The position numbers were made by a program, and so were the translations under genes. A stretch of 64,000 nucleotides of DNA from a virus (lineage: Duplodnaviria > Caudoviricetes): positions 6,110 to 70,109 of the IMG/VR virus record IMGVR_UViG_3300033072_000343, one strand, 5' to 3'. Shown here piece by piece: positions 17,852 to 28,300 of this stretch. The notes under the pieces were generated by a model that did not search any database, was not told the DNA's origin, and saw only the letters and a list, made by a program, of their open reading frames with translations. Each line of letters begins with the position of its first letter. Position 1 is the stretch's first letter.

Positions 17852-18615
17852 ACTTCTCTCAATATTACGCACAGATTAGTGCCGCCGTCTTCCCTGAGGG
17901 CGAGGCTGAGAACCTTGTCCACGTTCACAAGCTGGCCGTGAAGGATGCGCTCATCGACATCCAGACCAAAATCCCGTGCCTGCGAACCAATCACGCGGAC
18001 TACATCGGCCAGTCTTCGACCTTGTTCCATTGCGGTGCGAGCACGTTCGACACCGTAGACGGAAACATTGAGCGCATCTACACGTCCGCGCTGGACGGTG
18101 GTTGCGATCCTGTTGAGGCCATGTTTGTGGACCACGACCGCATGCTCGACATGATCCACAGCTACCGCTGCTGCCTTCCGGGTGACGCTTACGGCATGAC
18201 ACCTCATGCGCCAAATGATGCTGTTGGCGCTCCTGTCTACGCCCCTGGAAGCGTGAGCACGGACAAGGGATTCCGCACCGGACCTGGAGCCCTCTACTGG
18301 TCCATCAATCGCGGCACCGTCTACGTGTTTCCATCGATCGACAGCACCGAGCAGATCGTGGTTGAGTGGAACGGCATTCAGCGGACGTTCATCGACACGA
18401 CTGTGATACCGGTGACGTTTGAGAGCCGCGATGTCATGCAGGCGGTCGAGGTCTACTTGGACGCACAAGTGGCCCGCCGAGAGACCAAGGACATGAGCGA
18501 CTACCAGACCGCAAACTCACTGTACACGAGCGCGATTTCACAGTTGGCCTACGACTGCCGCAAAGCTCAGCAAGCGGTTCGCAGCCCCAAGGTGATGCCT
18601 CACGATGTATGTTGA
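17848..18615 (+). CDS. Head-tail adaptor / tail tubular A-like protein (putative)
   Basis: Size, position and helical ends (VKDALIDIQ; VEVYLDAQVARR) fit a podovirus adaptor. Confidence 0.45.
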   Translation: MNFSQYYAQISAAVFPEGEAENLVHVHKLAVKDALIDIQTKIPCLRTNHADYIGQSSTLFHCGASTFDTVDGNIERIYTSALDGGCDPVEAMFVDHDRMLDMIHSYRCCLPGDAYGMTPHAPNDAVGAPVYAPGSVSTDKGFRTGPGALYWSINRGTVYVFPSIDSTEQIVVEWNGIQRTFIDTTVIPVTFESRDVMQAVEVYLDAQVARRETKDMSDYQTANSLYTSAISQLAYDCRKAQQAVRSPKVMPHDVC

Positions 18616-19595
18616 CGGTCAATGTTAGGCCTCCCCTAGCCTCCCATGCACGCCTCTCCGGTAGACCGCTGAGGTTCTACACGCCAGCCACAGACCCATC
18701 CACCGGTTACGGCCGACTTGCTGAGGCCTGCATGCAAGCGGTCAATGCGGTGCATGTGTCACCGCTCGATTACCCGGACATAGTTCTGGCAGACCCCACC
18801 AACGTCTCGGTGTCACCGATTCGGTTCACGATGTGGGAGCCAACTCAGCTTCCGCCGACGGCAACCGGGTTCATGTCTGCAAGGGCTCTGATCGTGCCAT
18901 GCAAGATGAATGTCCGTGTCTTCAGGTCCAGTGGGTATCGAGGAATGATCCACGCGGTCCCTCTATGGGGTGAATCGCCATGGGCACCAATGCCTCCTGA
19001 TGACGTGTTCAAGTTCGTGTCTATCGGCCGAGACAATGGTGTTCGAGCACGCAAGGGCATGGACGAACTCATCGAGTGCTTCAAGCTTGCGTTCCCTCGA
19101 GAGCGTGATGTCAGGCTGACAATCAAGAGCAGCAACGACTGCTACAAGCTAGACCCGCAAGACGATCGAATCACTGTGTCTCGAGAGACGTTAACGCGAT
19201 CCAAGTATGAAGAGATGCTTGGGGCTCACCACTGCGGTGTGTTCCTGTCCGGGTTGGAGGGGTGGAACTTCCCAGCGTGCGAGCTTATGGCGACCGGAAG
19301 GCCGTCGATCATCGTCCCGTGGGGAGGGCCTGCTGATTTCACAACTTCAGAGACATCGTGGCACCTGCCTTACACCATGGTCCAAGCGCCAGACGACAAG
19401 CCGTACTTCGGATTTGGGCAGGGAGGCAAGCCATCCAGAGACGGTGTCATCCACGCCTTGCGCGAGGCGTACAGCAATCGCTCCCTGCTGAACGAGAAGG
19501 CAACAAGGTCTTACGAGATGTCGTTCAAGTTCACCAAGTCCAAGTTCATGGAACGACTCCGTGTTGTCGCACTAGACATTCTCAGTAGTGTTTGA
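18609..19595 (+). CDS. Glycosyltransferase, GT-B / GT4-like
   Basis: TGYGR start motif, RKGMDELIECF, and the E-x7-E motif EGWNFPACE-LMATG. Confidence 0.85.
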   Translation: MLTVNVRPPLASHARLSGRPLRFYTPATDPSTGYGRLAEACMQAVNAVHVSPLDYPDIVLADPTNVSVSPIRFTMWEPTQLPPTATGFMSARALIVPCKMNVRVFRSSGYRGMIHAVPLWGESPWAPMPPDDVFKFVSIGRDNGVRARKGMDELIECFKLAFPRERDVRLTIKSSNDCYKLDPQDDRITVSRETLTRSKYEEMLGAHHCGVFLSGLEGWNFPACELMATGRPSIIVPWGGPADFTTSETSWHLPYTMVQAPDDKPYFGFGQGGKPSRDGVIHALREAYSNRSLLNEKATRSYEMSFKFTKSKFMERLRVVALDILSSV

Positions 19596-19598
19596 TCC

Positions 19599-20216
19599 AT
19601 GGCATCCAACGCCAAGGCAACCCTGATAAAGCGGTTGGCATCAACCCCTGGCAGGGGCAATGGTGCCAATACCGGCTTGGGTACTGCCGACGTTGTAATA
19701 CCCGACTTTCCGCAGCTTCCGCAGAAGCTCAATGATGCCACTGTCAGGGAGTTTTCAGATGCCGTAAACCGGTGGCGGATCAGCCTTCAGGCTCAGTTTC
19801 CGATTCCGACCCAGCAGTCGACTGCGGTTACCGAGGCTCAGGCGGTCGACGTTTCCGATCAAATCTCAAGCGCGATTCAGTCTGCGGTCGCCAGCATCAA
19901 TTCACAGATCGATTCACTGAACCAGTTGATCGTGTCGAACACGACCAACCTTCAGAACCAGATCGACTCAATCAGCACCGACAGCGGCGTTACTGTTGAC
20001 GAGGTTGAGTCGCTCATTCAGTCGGCGAGGTACATCCATACTCAGGGTGTTGCATCGGCTTCATGGACAATCAATCACGGGCTGGGTTGGTTCCCATCAG
20101 TCACCGTGGTTGATCAGTCCAAAAACGTCTTCTATGGGGACGTTCGATACATTGACTCCAACTCTCTTGTGGTCACGTTTTACGCAGAAGTGTCGGGAAC
20201 CGCGTATCTAAATTAG
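19599..20216 (+). CDS. Virion protein with a coiled coil and small C-terminal beta domain
   Basis: Heptad region followed by YIHTQ..WTINHGLG..PSVTVVD..GDVRY..VTF. Confidence 0.55.
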   Translation: MASNAKATLIKRLASTPGRGNGANTGLGTADVVIPDFPQLPQKLNDATVREFSDAVNRWRISLQAQFPIPTQQSTAVTEAQAVDVSDQISSAIQSAVASINSQIDSLNQLIVSNTTNLQNQIDSISTDSGVTVDEVESLIQSARYIHTQGVASASWTINHGLGWFPSVTVVDQSKNVFYGDVRYIDSNSLVVTFYAEVSGTAYLN

Positions 20217-20223
20217 GACTGCC

Positions 20224-22353
20224 ATGCCCAAGTTTCTCTCAATCCTAGACATGTCGAACCTGCAGATTGTTAATCTGCAGATCCACAACAGCCCGACGGT
20301 CCCGTATGCAGCGAGCACTGGGAAAGGCTCGATGTGGATGGACACGTCGAACAACCGTCTCAACTGGAGCGACGGCGTTAACTGGCGGGCCATCTACCCG
20401 ATGGACACCCAAGCGACCGCCAACACCGCGGTGCTTCGTGATAGCTCTGGCGGGTTCTCAGCCGGAACTATTACCGCGACGCTTTTTGATGGCACGGCAA
20501 CTCAAGCAAACAAGCTCACCAATGCTCGTAACATCGCCATCAGCGGAAAGGCTACGGCCGCTGGTGTTGGGTTCGATGGGACGGCGGCGATCAGCCTCAA
20601 CGTCACGGCACTTTCAGTTGTTCCCGGGGAAATCACGCTCGCGAACAACCAGATTATCGTCGGCAACGGAAGTGGTGTTGGTGCTGCGGTAGCTAAGAGC
20701 ACTTTCCTGCTGTCCGAATTAGGTGCTCCGACTGGCCCTGTTTCTTTCAGTGGCCAGCTGATCACCAACGTCGCCGACCCTGTTTCTGGAACTGACGCAG
20801 CCAACCGCCAGTTCGTCGAGAGTTTCGCTCAAGGTCTTGACCCCAAGGCGTCTTGTCGTGTTGCCACCACCGCTGATCTCGGCGGCACCTACAACAACAT
20901 TACCAAGACGATGACGGGCGGACTGACTCCGCTCATCATTGATGGTGTTACGCTTGCTGCTGGTAACCGGGTGCTTGTCAAAAACGAAACCAGCGGGAGC
21001 GGTGCGAGCGAAAACGGTATCTACACGGTCACCAATGCTGGCAGTTACAGCGTGGCCTGGGTGCTGACCCGCGCCACTGATTTCGACACCAGTGCCAAAG
21101 CAAGCCCGGGATCGTTCACCTTCATCGAAGAGGGCACTGTCAACAAGGACACTGGCTGGGTGATGACTGCCGATGCCCCGGTGGCTCTCGACACCACGGC
21201 GCTCAACTGGACCCAGTTCTCCGGTGCAGGCTCGTACACGGCTGGTCGAGGTATTGTCCTCAACGGAACCCAGTTCAATTTCGCCCAGAACTCAGACTAC
21301 ACGGCGAACACGATCCCGTACGCCACTGGCGCGACCACGATCGGTTTCATCGGGGCGGGATCAGCGAACCAAGTGCTCCGCATTCCCTCTGGCGGAGGAG
21401 CTCCAGCGTTTGGCGCTATTGACATCAGCCAGTCCGCTGCTGTCGCTGGAACGCTTGCGGCAGCCAACGGCGGCACCGGCCAGTCTTCGTACTCCATCGG
21501 CGACATCCTTTACGCCAGCGCCTCAAACGCGCTGTCCAAGCTGGCTGGTGTGGCTGTTGGCAACGCGCTGATCTCTGGTGGTGTCGGCGCTGCTCCTAGC
21601 TGGGGCAAGATCACGCTGACCAATCACGTCAGCGGAATCCTGCCGATTGGAAACGGCGGCACAGGCCTTTCGACGTGGACCACTAACGGTGTCTTCTACG
21701 GCGGCGCGAGTGCGATGGGTCAAACCGCTGCGCCAACTTCTGGTCAGCTGCTTGTTGGTAGCGTTGGAGGTGTTCCGACATTCGTTGGCATGTCGGGCGA
21801 CGCCACGCTGTCTGCGGCGGGTGGGCTCACAATCTCTGCGAACGCAGTCACGTACGCCAAGTTCCAGCAGATCGCTGGCCTGTCTGTGTTTGGCAATTCG
21901 ACCTCGTCTGCAGCGAATGGCGGGGCGATCTCGGGAACTGCCAATCAGGTGCTCCGTGTCGACTCGACTGGAACCGCGCTTGGTTTCGGGGCGATCAACC
22001 TTGCGAGCGGAAGCGCTGTCACCGGAGTACTTCCAAGCGCGAACGGCGGCACTGGAACCCAGTACGCTCAGTTCACCACTGGTGGCACAACGCTGCGCAC
22101 CTATTCGCTTCCGAACCTGAACTCCCAGTTGGCGGCTCAGGTGTCTGGAACGATCACTGGCAACGCGAGCACCACGGTCTTCAGCGCCACCCACAACCTG
22201 AACACCAAGAACGTCGTCGTCTCAGTGTTCGACTCCAGTGACGACAGAGTGTATGTGGATACAAAGACATTTGATGTGAACACCGTTCGCTTCACTTTCG
22301 CTGTCGCTCCCGCCTCGGGAATCACATATCGCTGGGTCGTCGTCGGCTACTAA
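20224..22353 (+). CDS. Tail fibre / proximal fibre protein
   Basis: G/T/S/A-rich; ADPVSGTDAANRQFVE, ILPIGNGGTG-type repeats, C-terminal HNLNTKNVVVSV domain. Confidence 0.75.
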   Translation: MPKFLSILDMSNLQIVNLQIHNSPTVPYAASTGKGSMWMDTSNNRLNWSDGVNWRAIYPMDTQATANTAVLRDSSGGFSAGTITATLFDGTATQANKLTNARNIAISGKATAAGVGFDGTAAISLNVTALSVVPGEITLANNQIIVGNGSGVGAAVAKSTFLLSELGAPTGPVSFSGQLITNVADPVSGTDAANRQFVESFAQGLDPKASCRVATTADLGGTYNNITKTMTGGLTPLIIDGVTLAAGNRVLVKNETSGSGASENGIYTVTNAGSYSVAWVLTRATDFDTSAKASPGSFTFIEEGTVNKDTGWVMTADAPVALDTTALNWTQFSGAGSYTAGRGIVLNGTQFNFAQNSDYTANTIPYATGATTIGFIGAGSANQVLRIPSGGGAPAFGAIDISQSAAVAGTLAAANGGTGQSSYSIGDILYASASNALSKLAGVAVGNALISGGVGAAPSWGKITLTNHVSGILPIGNGGTGLSTWTTNGVFYGGASAMGQTAAPTSGQLLVGSVGGVPTFVGMSGDATLSAAGGLTISANAVTYAKFQQIAGLSVFGNSTSSAANGGAISGTANQVLRVDSTGTALGFGAINLASGSAVTGVLPSANGGTGTQYAQFTTGGTTLRTYSLPNLNSQLAAQVSGTITGNASTTVFSATHNLNTKNVVVSVFDSSDDRVYVDTKTFDVNTVRFTFAVAPASGITYRWVVVGY

Positions 22354-22365
22354 TCCATCTCCAGA

Positions 22366-25300
22366 ATGAAGTTCGAGAGCCAACTGCAGATCGTCACGGC
22401 AGCGGGGGTTCCCCCGTTCACGGTCAATCAGACCGCGCTGGTGATCAACCTCAACGCCGACCTTTTGGACGGACAGCACGGGTCTTACTACGCGGCGGCA
22501 TCGTCGCTTGGTAACTACCTTCCACTGACTGGCGGGACGCTCACGGGGACGCTCACGGGGACCATTGGTGTCTTCACGACGGTACGAACCACTGAGCTCA
22601 CCAGCCTCCTCGGGTCGAACGGTCCGATCACGATCACTCCCGACGGCACCGGGCACGTCCACATCAACTCGACGGACATCCGTCTTGGCCCGAACAACAC
22701 GAACGCCACGCTCGCAACTCGAGGCACTGGCGACCTGATACTCAGAACCAACGAGGGTTCTGCGACCGAGGGTTTCATCCGAATCTACGATGGCGCGAAC
22801 GGCAACATCGAGATCACCCCAAACGGAACCGGAACCGTTGTTGTCGGTAAGCTGTCCGGAAGCACCGCGTCGTTCAGTGGTCAGGTTACCAGCACTGTTG
22901 CTACCGGCACCGCGCCGCTCGTCATTGCGAGCACGACTGCGGTCGCAAACCTCAACGCCGACCTGCTCGATGGGCAGCATGGGAGTTACTATCAGGACGC
23001 GGGAAACCTGAACGCGGGAACCGTTCCAAGTGCACGCCTGTCGGGCAGTTACGGAATCAGCATTACTGGGAGTTCGTATTCCGTGTTTGTTGCAGATACA
23101 CGCTCCGTGGCAACGACCCCTCAGTCGGTAAACATGGGGGTTTTCTACGACTTCAAGCAGAACTCGGTCGACGGGCTGAATGACGGCGGCACGTATTTCG
23201 GCGAGATGACGTTCCGGCAGTACGGCTCTGGAACCGATTGGAGCGGTGGTCTGTCCCATCAGCTTGGTTTCACCGACAACGGAAACGTCTGGCAGCGGAG
23301 CGGCAGCAGCACGACGTGGGGCTCTTGGAAGAAGTTGCTCGATACCACCAACTTCTCGTCGCACGCCCTCCCACTGACGGGCGGAACGCTGACCGGTGCT
23401 CTCAATGGCACCACAGCTTCGTTTTCTGGTAATGTCAAGGGTGGTCGTGTCACGCTCCGAGACGACTGCTTGGAGCAGCACGTAGACGACAGCGATGGTG
23501 TTGGTATTTTCGTCAACTACTTCGGGTACGCATCTGGCACGACTCGGTTCCGAAACTTCGGCGTATTCAACGGCAAGAACCAGCAGCTGTTCTACATCAC
23601 TGGATCGACCGGTGCGACCGCGATCACTGGGACTCTTTCTGTCACAGGCGCAATCACTCAGGCGGGCAACCAAGTCCTCCACGCAGGGAACTACGGCGGC
23701 TACTCGACGTTCTCGGGAGCGGTAACCTCTGGCTACGGCACGTTTGCCTCTCCGGGCCACATCATCGGTGACGCCCAGTACGGGTTCTACGTGTCGGGTG
23801 GAAACCTCTTCTACAAGAGCGCGTCCACGGGAAATCACGTCTGGCGTAACATCGCCAACTCGGCGGACACGATGACGCTGGACAACAGCGGAAATCTACT
23901 CCTCTCAGGATCTCTCAGGCTCACTGACACGACGACCGGGATCTCCAAGAGTGGAGGCCGTCTCAGCATCCGATCCGAGTCTACTGACGACGTCGCCAAC
24001 TTCGCGTCGTACGGATTGTACCTCCCGAAGTCGGGACAGACTGCTGGACTGTATGTCGAGAGCGCAATCGAGGCTCGCGCTGGAATCCGGCTCGGAACGA
24101 GTGCTGCCAATGGAACGATCACGGTTGGCGCGGACACGGCTAACACCGCAAACCGACTGGTTCAGCGTGACGGCAGCGGGAACATTGCTGTTTCTGGAAT
24201 CAAGCAGGGCGCTGATCTCGCTCGCCCGCTCGCAAGCTGGGGCGTTTCAGGCACATCGACCGGCATGGTGATCTTCTCGTTCCCCGGAGGAAGCGGGAAC
24301 TACGGGATGGTCCACTGCGTCTTCGACATCTACGAGTACAACAGCAACACGGTCTCCACCGTGATTGTCGGTGGCCACAACTGGAATGGGCAGTGGTACA
24401 ACACCGGGTCGAACGTCATTGGTCGATGCGGAAAAACGGTCCGACTTGGGTTCAAGGACGGCAAGTACTGCGTGGTGTTCGGGGGTGCTGCGTCCAGCTG
24501 GGAGTACGGAACGATCGTACTCCGGAAGATCCACAACGGTGCCTTCTACACTGGCATCATGGACATGGGTGGTGCATTCACGACCTCCCAGACGGCGACC
24601 GAGTCCTTCACTTGGGTCACTGGAGATCTCAGGGTTCTCAGGTCCAGTGCGGCGATCATCAGCGACGACTACCTCCGAGGAACCGAGGTCTACTCGAGCA
24701 ACTGGTTCAGGAACGACAACTCTGGAAGCGGCATCTACAACAGCGCCACCTCGAACCACTTCTACTCTGATGGCCCGTACTGGAACGTCGCTTACAGCGG
24801 CACGCAGGGCATTCGATTCCGCAACGGTCACAACGGCACCATTCTTGGCTACATCTACGCCGAGACGGACGGAAACTTCGGGTTGCTGAGCAACAACGGT
24901 GGCTGGGCTGTTCAGGTGAAGCCGGGTGGCGGTGGAAACCTGAATGGAACGTGGACGATCAACTCGAACACTCCGCTTACTTCGGCCAACTACTCAGGCT
25001 ACGCGCTCCCCCTTTCTGGCGGGACGATGACCGGCGACCTGACAGCCACTCGCATTCGCGGAGTCAACAGCTTGGTTCTGAACACGTTCACGACGGTCAA
25101 TCCAGCGTCGAACGTGTTCCTCTACAGTCAGCCGAACGACCGCGATGCGTGGATCTTTCTGGACTCCGCAGACACCGGCAGCAACTGGGGTATCTACCAC
25201 CGTCAGATTGACAGTGCGGTCAGTGGCCTTCCTGCCAACTCCATCGGGTTCATTGGTGGCGGAAGCAGTGCGCTACAGGCTTGGATTTCGCTCGCGAACG

Positions 25301-28300
25301 GAAGCGCCAATTTCCAAGGGGCGTTGACTCAGGCGGGAAACCAAGTACTCCACGCAGGTAACTACACGTCCTACGCGCCAAACATCAACGGAGGTAGCAC
25401 GATCGCTGGTATCACCTACTTCTCGAACGGTGAGTCGATGCAGGTATACGGCATTCGTGGGCGGTTCACCAACGAGTACCTGCACCTCTACAACAAGGTT
25501 GGAGTTGGGCATCCGTCAGGATGGGGATCTGGCGAGACGAATACACCAGATAAAGGTCTGTCTACGTATGGCGGCATCAACGTCGCGTATGGAAACAGCG
25601 CGGTTTCGTCGTTTGCTGGACAGTTGAACGCAAACGGTGGGTTGAGCCTTGGCGGTCCTCTGTATTACAGTCTGTACACACGCCGTCAGATTTCTCTCGC
25701 TGGTCCAAGCACTGCAAACTTCGGCAACTGGAAGCAGTTCATCCGCCTGTGGGCAGCGAGTGGATCTGGAGCGAACCTGTTCACCCTAAAGGTGTCTGTG
25801 CGCGGCAGTTGGAACTGGACTCCAGTGTTTGGCACTGTCGAAGCGTACTATTCTCTCCACCTTCCAGGCGACGGAACGATCAACACGCTTCGTGATTTCA
25901 GGTTAACGCACATATCAGGCCCAGCGGCAGACAATCTCAGGCTTGGAGATGCGGTGATCGAGAACGGGTACATCTCGATTCCTGTATGGGGTGCCAACAC
26001 AAACGCGCTTGAAGCCACGGTAGAGCAGTGGAACGGATCGCAGATTCTTGGATCAACCACCACCGCAGTCTCAGAAACTCTTCCTGCGTTCATTGCCCCC
26101 AATTTCCGTGGCGGACTGACATCCGACGGGAATGCGGTCCTTCATGCTGCAACCACTAGCGCCCCAAACCTGAGCATTGGCGGCAACGCGGCCACCGCGA
26201 CCAACGCGAGTCAGCTTGGAGGCAACGCTGCGGCGAACTTTGTGCAGGGCGCTGGATCGCGTGGACGCTCGACGAGCAGGTCGAACGGAACGGCGAGCAA
26301 CCTCACTGACCCGTCTGGATTCTACTACGGCGTCACCGTCACTGGAATGCCGACCACTGACTGGTGGCATTGGATCCAAAGCATCGGCAACGACTGGTCT
26401 TCGCCAGACGGGTACGGCTACCAGCTTGCGTGTTCCTACTGGAGCGATGACCTGCGATTGCGGCGACTCACCAGCGGCACGTGGGGTAGCTGGGTTCAAC
26501 TACTCCACTCTGGCAACTACTCCTCCTACGCCCTCCCTCTATCGGGCGGGACGATGACCGGAAGCATCCAGTTGCCGTCGGGAGGTTACGTCGGACTCAA
26601 CGGAGGTTCGACCTACGGTATCGGCGTCCTAAGCAGCAATCGAAGCAGCGCCGTCTTCGATACGGTCGAGTCCACTGGCACCGACCCGCTCGAACTGAAT
26701 TACTACCAGGGTGGACCGGTGAAGATCGGGTCCGGAGCGAATGGCAGCAAGTCGCTCTATGCTGTCGGCATCTACGACAACGGAAACCAAGTCATTCACG
26801 CCGGTAATTTTGCGACATACGGCGTCCTCCGCAGTCTGGGGTACGCCAACTCCAGCAACGTCAACTGGAACACACTGGGCAACGTCGAGAACACAACGCT
26901 CGCGATCGTCCAAGAGACGTTCAACATCTCGCCAGGAACTGGGAACAGCAACTTCCCCACGAACGCCTCATACAAGTACGGCGTACTGCTCAATGTTGGC
27001 GGAGGCGCGGGTGCAGGCAGGGCTCAAGTCTATATCAGTCACGCTGGAAACGACCTCATCTTTCGAGGCGGCTGGGGAGATACAAGTTGGCAGACTTGGA
27101 ACAAGTGCCTCACTGACCAGAACTACAGCAGCTACGCGCTTCCCATCACGGGAGGCACTCTCACGGGCGCTCTATCTGGAACCAGCGGGTCGTTCAGCGG
27201 CGATGTTACTTGGAGCGGATACAACTCTGGAAATGCCCGTGCCGTCCGCATCGGCTACTCTGGAGGCAACTACGGCAGCATAGGATACGGGATCAATTAC
27301 ACCTCCACCACTGGATCCCACACGTATGCATTCAACGATGCGGTAACGCGCATCGATCTTGCGGACGGCATACAGGTCTACAGCGCGGCTGGTGCCGGTG
27401 CTGGTACTACCGTTGGATGGACCACGCTTCTGGTCGCCAATAGAGCAAACTCCGCATTGCAGTGGAAGGGTGTCAGCGTCCTGGATGCGAACAACTATTC
27501 CTCCTACGCCCTACCGCTTTCAGGGGGCACTCTCACAGGCGCTCTGTCAGGCACCAGCGCCTCGTTTTCAGGTGCTCTATCATCTGGCGGCAACTCGGTG
27601 CTGACGGTCGGCAACTACAGCAGCTACGCGGTGGACAACACCAAGCGGGTGAAGCAGTTCTTCTGGGACAGCCTCTCTGCATCCACCACTCAGGCTCGTC
27701 GTTTCGAGATCGCTCGCATCGCGATCGACATCGTCAACTGGAACAACGTCGGCACGTTCGAGATCGAGCTTTGCGAGCAGTACTACAGCAAGGGAATCAA
27801 GAAACGGTACGCCGTCTGGTACGGATATTCCGGAACTCGTCCAGGGCTGAAGCTGATTGAGATGACCGGCGCTGGGGACAATAACTTCCAGGTTGTGCTT
27901 GGATCTGAGCAGCCTGTCAGTGGTAACCAGTACTACCTGCCAATCTACGTCGATATCCGCTACTACTCGATCGTGGATGTGCGTGTCACAACGTCGCGGC
28001 AGATCACGTCGAACAGCACGCCTCCGGTCGGGTACACCTACATCAACAGCAGCCCGACTCCGACCAACATCACCGACTTCACGGCGGACAGCACGGTAGA
28101 CCTCTCCAACGCGGCGAGCGCGTGGCAGGTTGGTGGAAACACGATCATCCACTCTGGAAACTACACGAGCTATCCGCCAGCGAGGTGGGCCACTGGTCGC
28201 ACGATCTCGCTGACTGGAGACGTAACCGGAACGAGCGGTTTATTCGACGGTACAGCGAACCTTTCTTTCGCGGCTACGCTTGCCAACTCAGGAGTCACTG

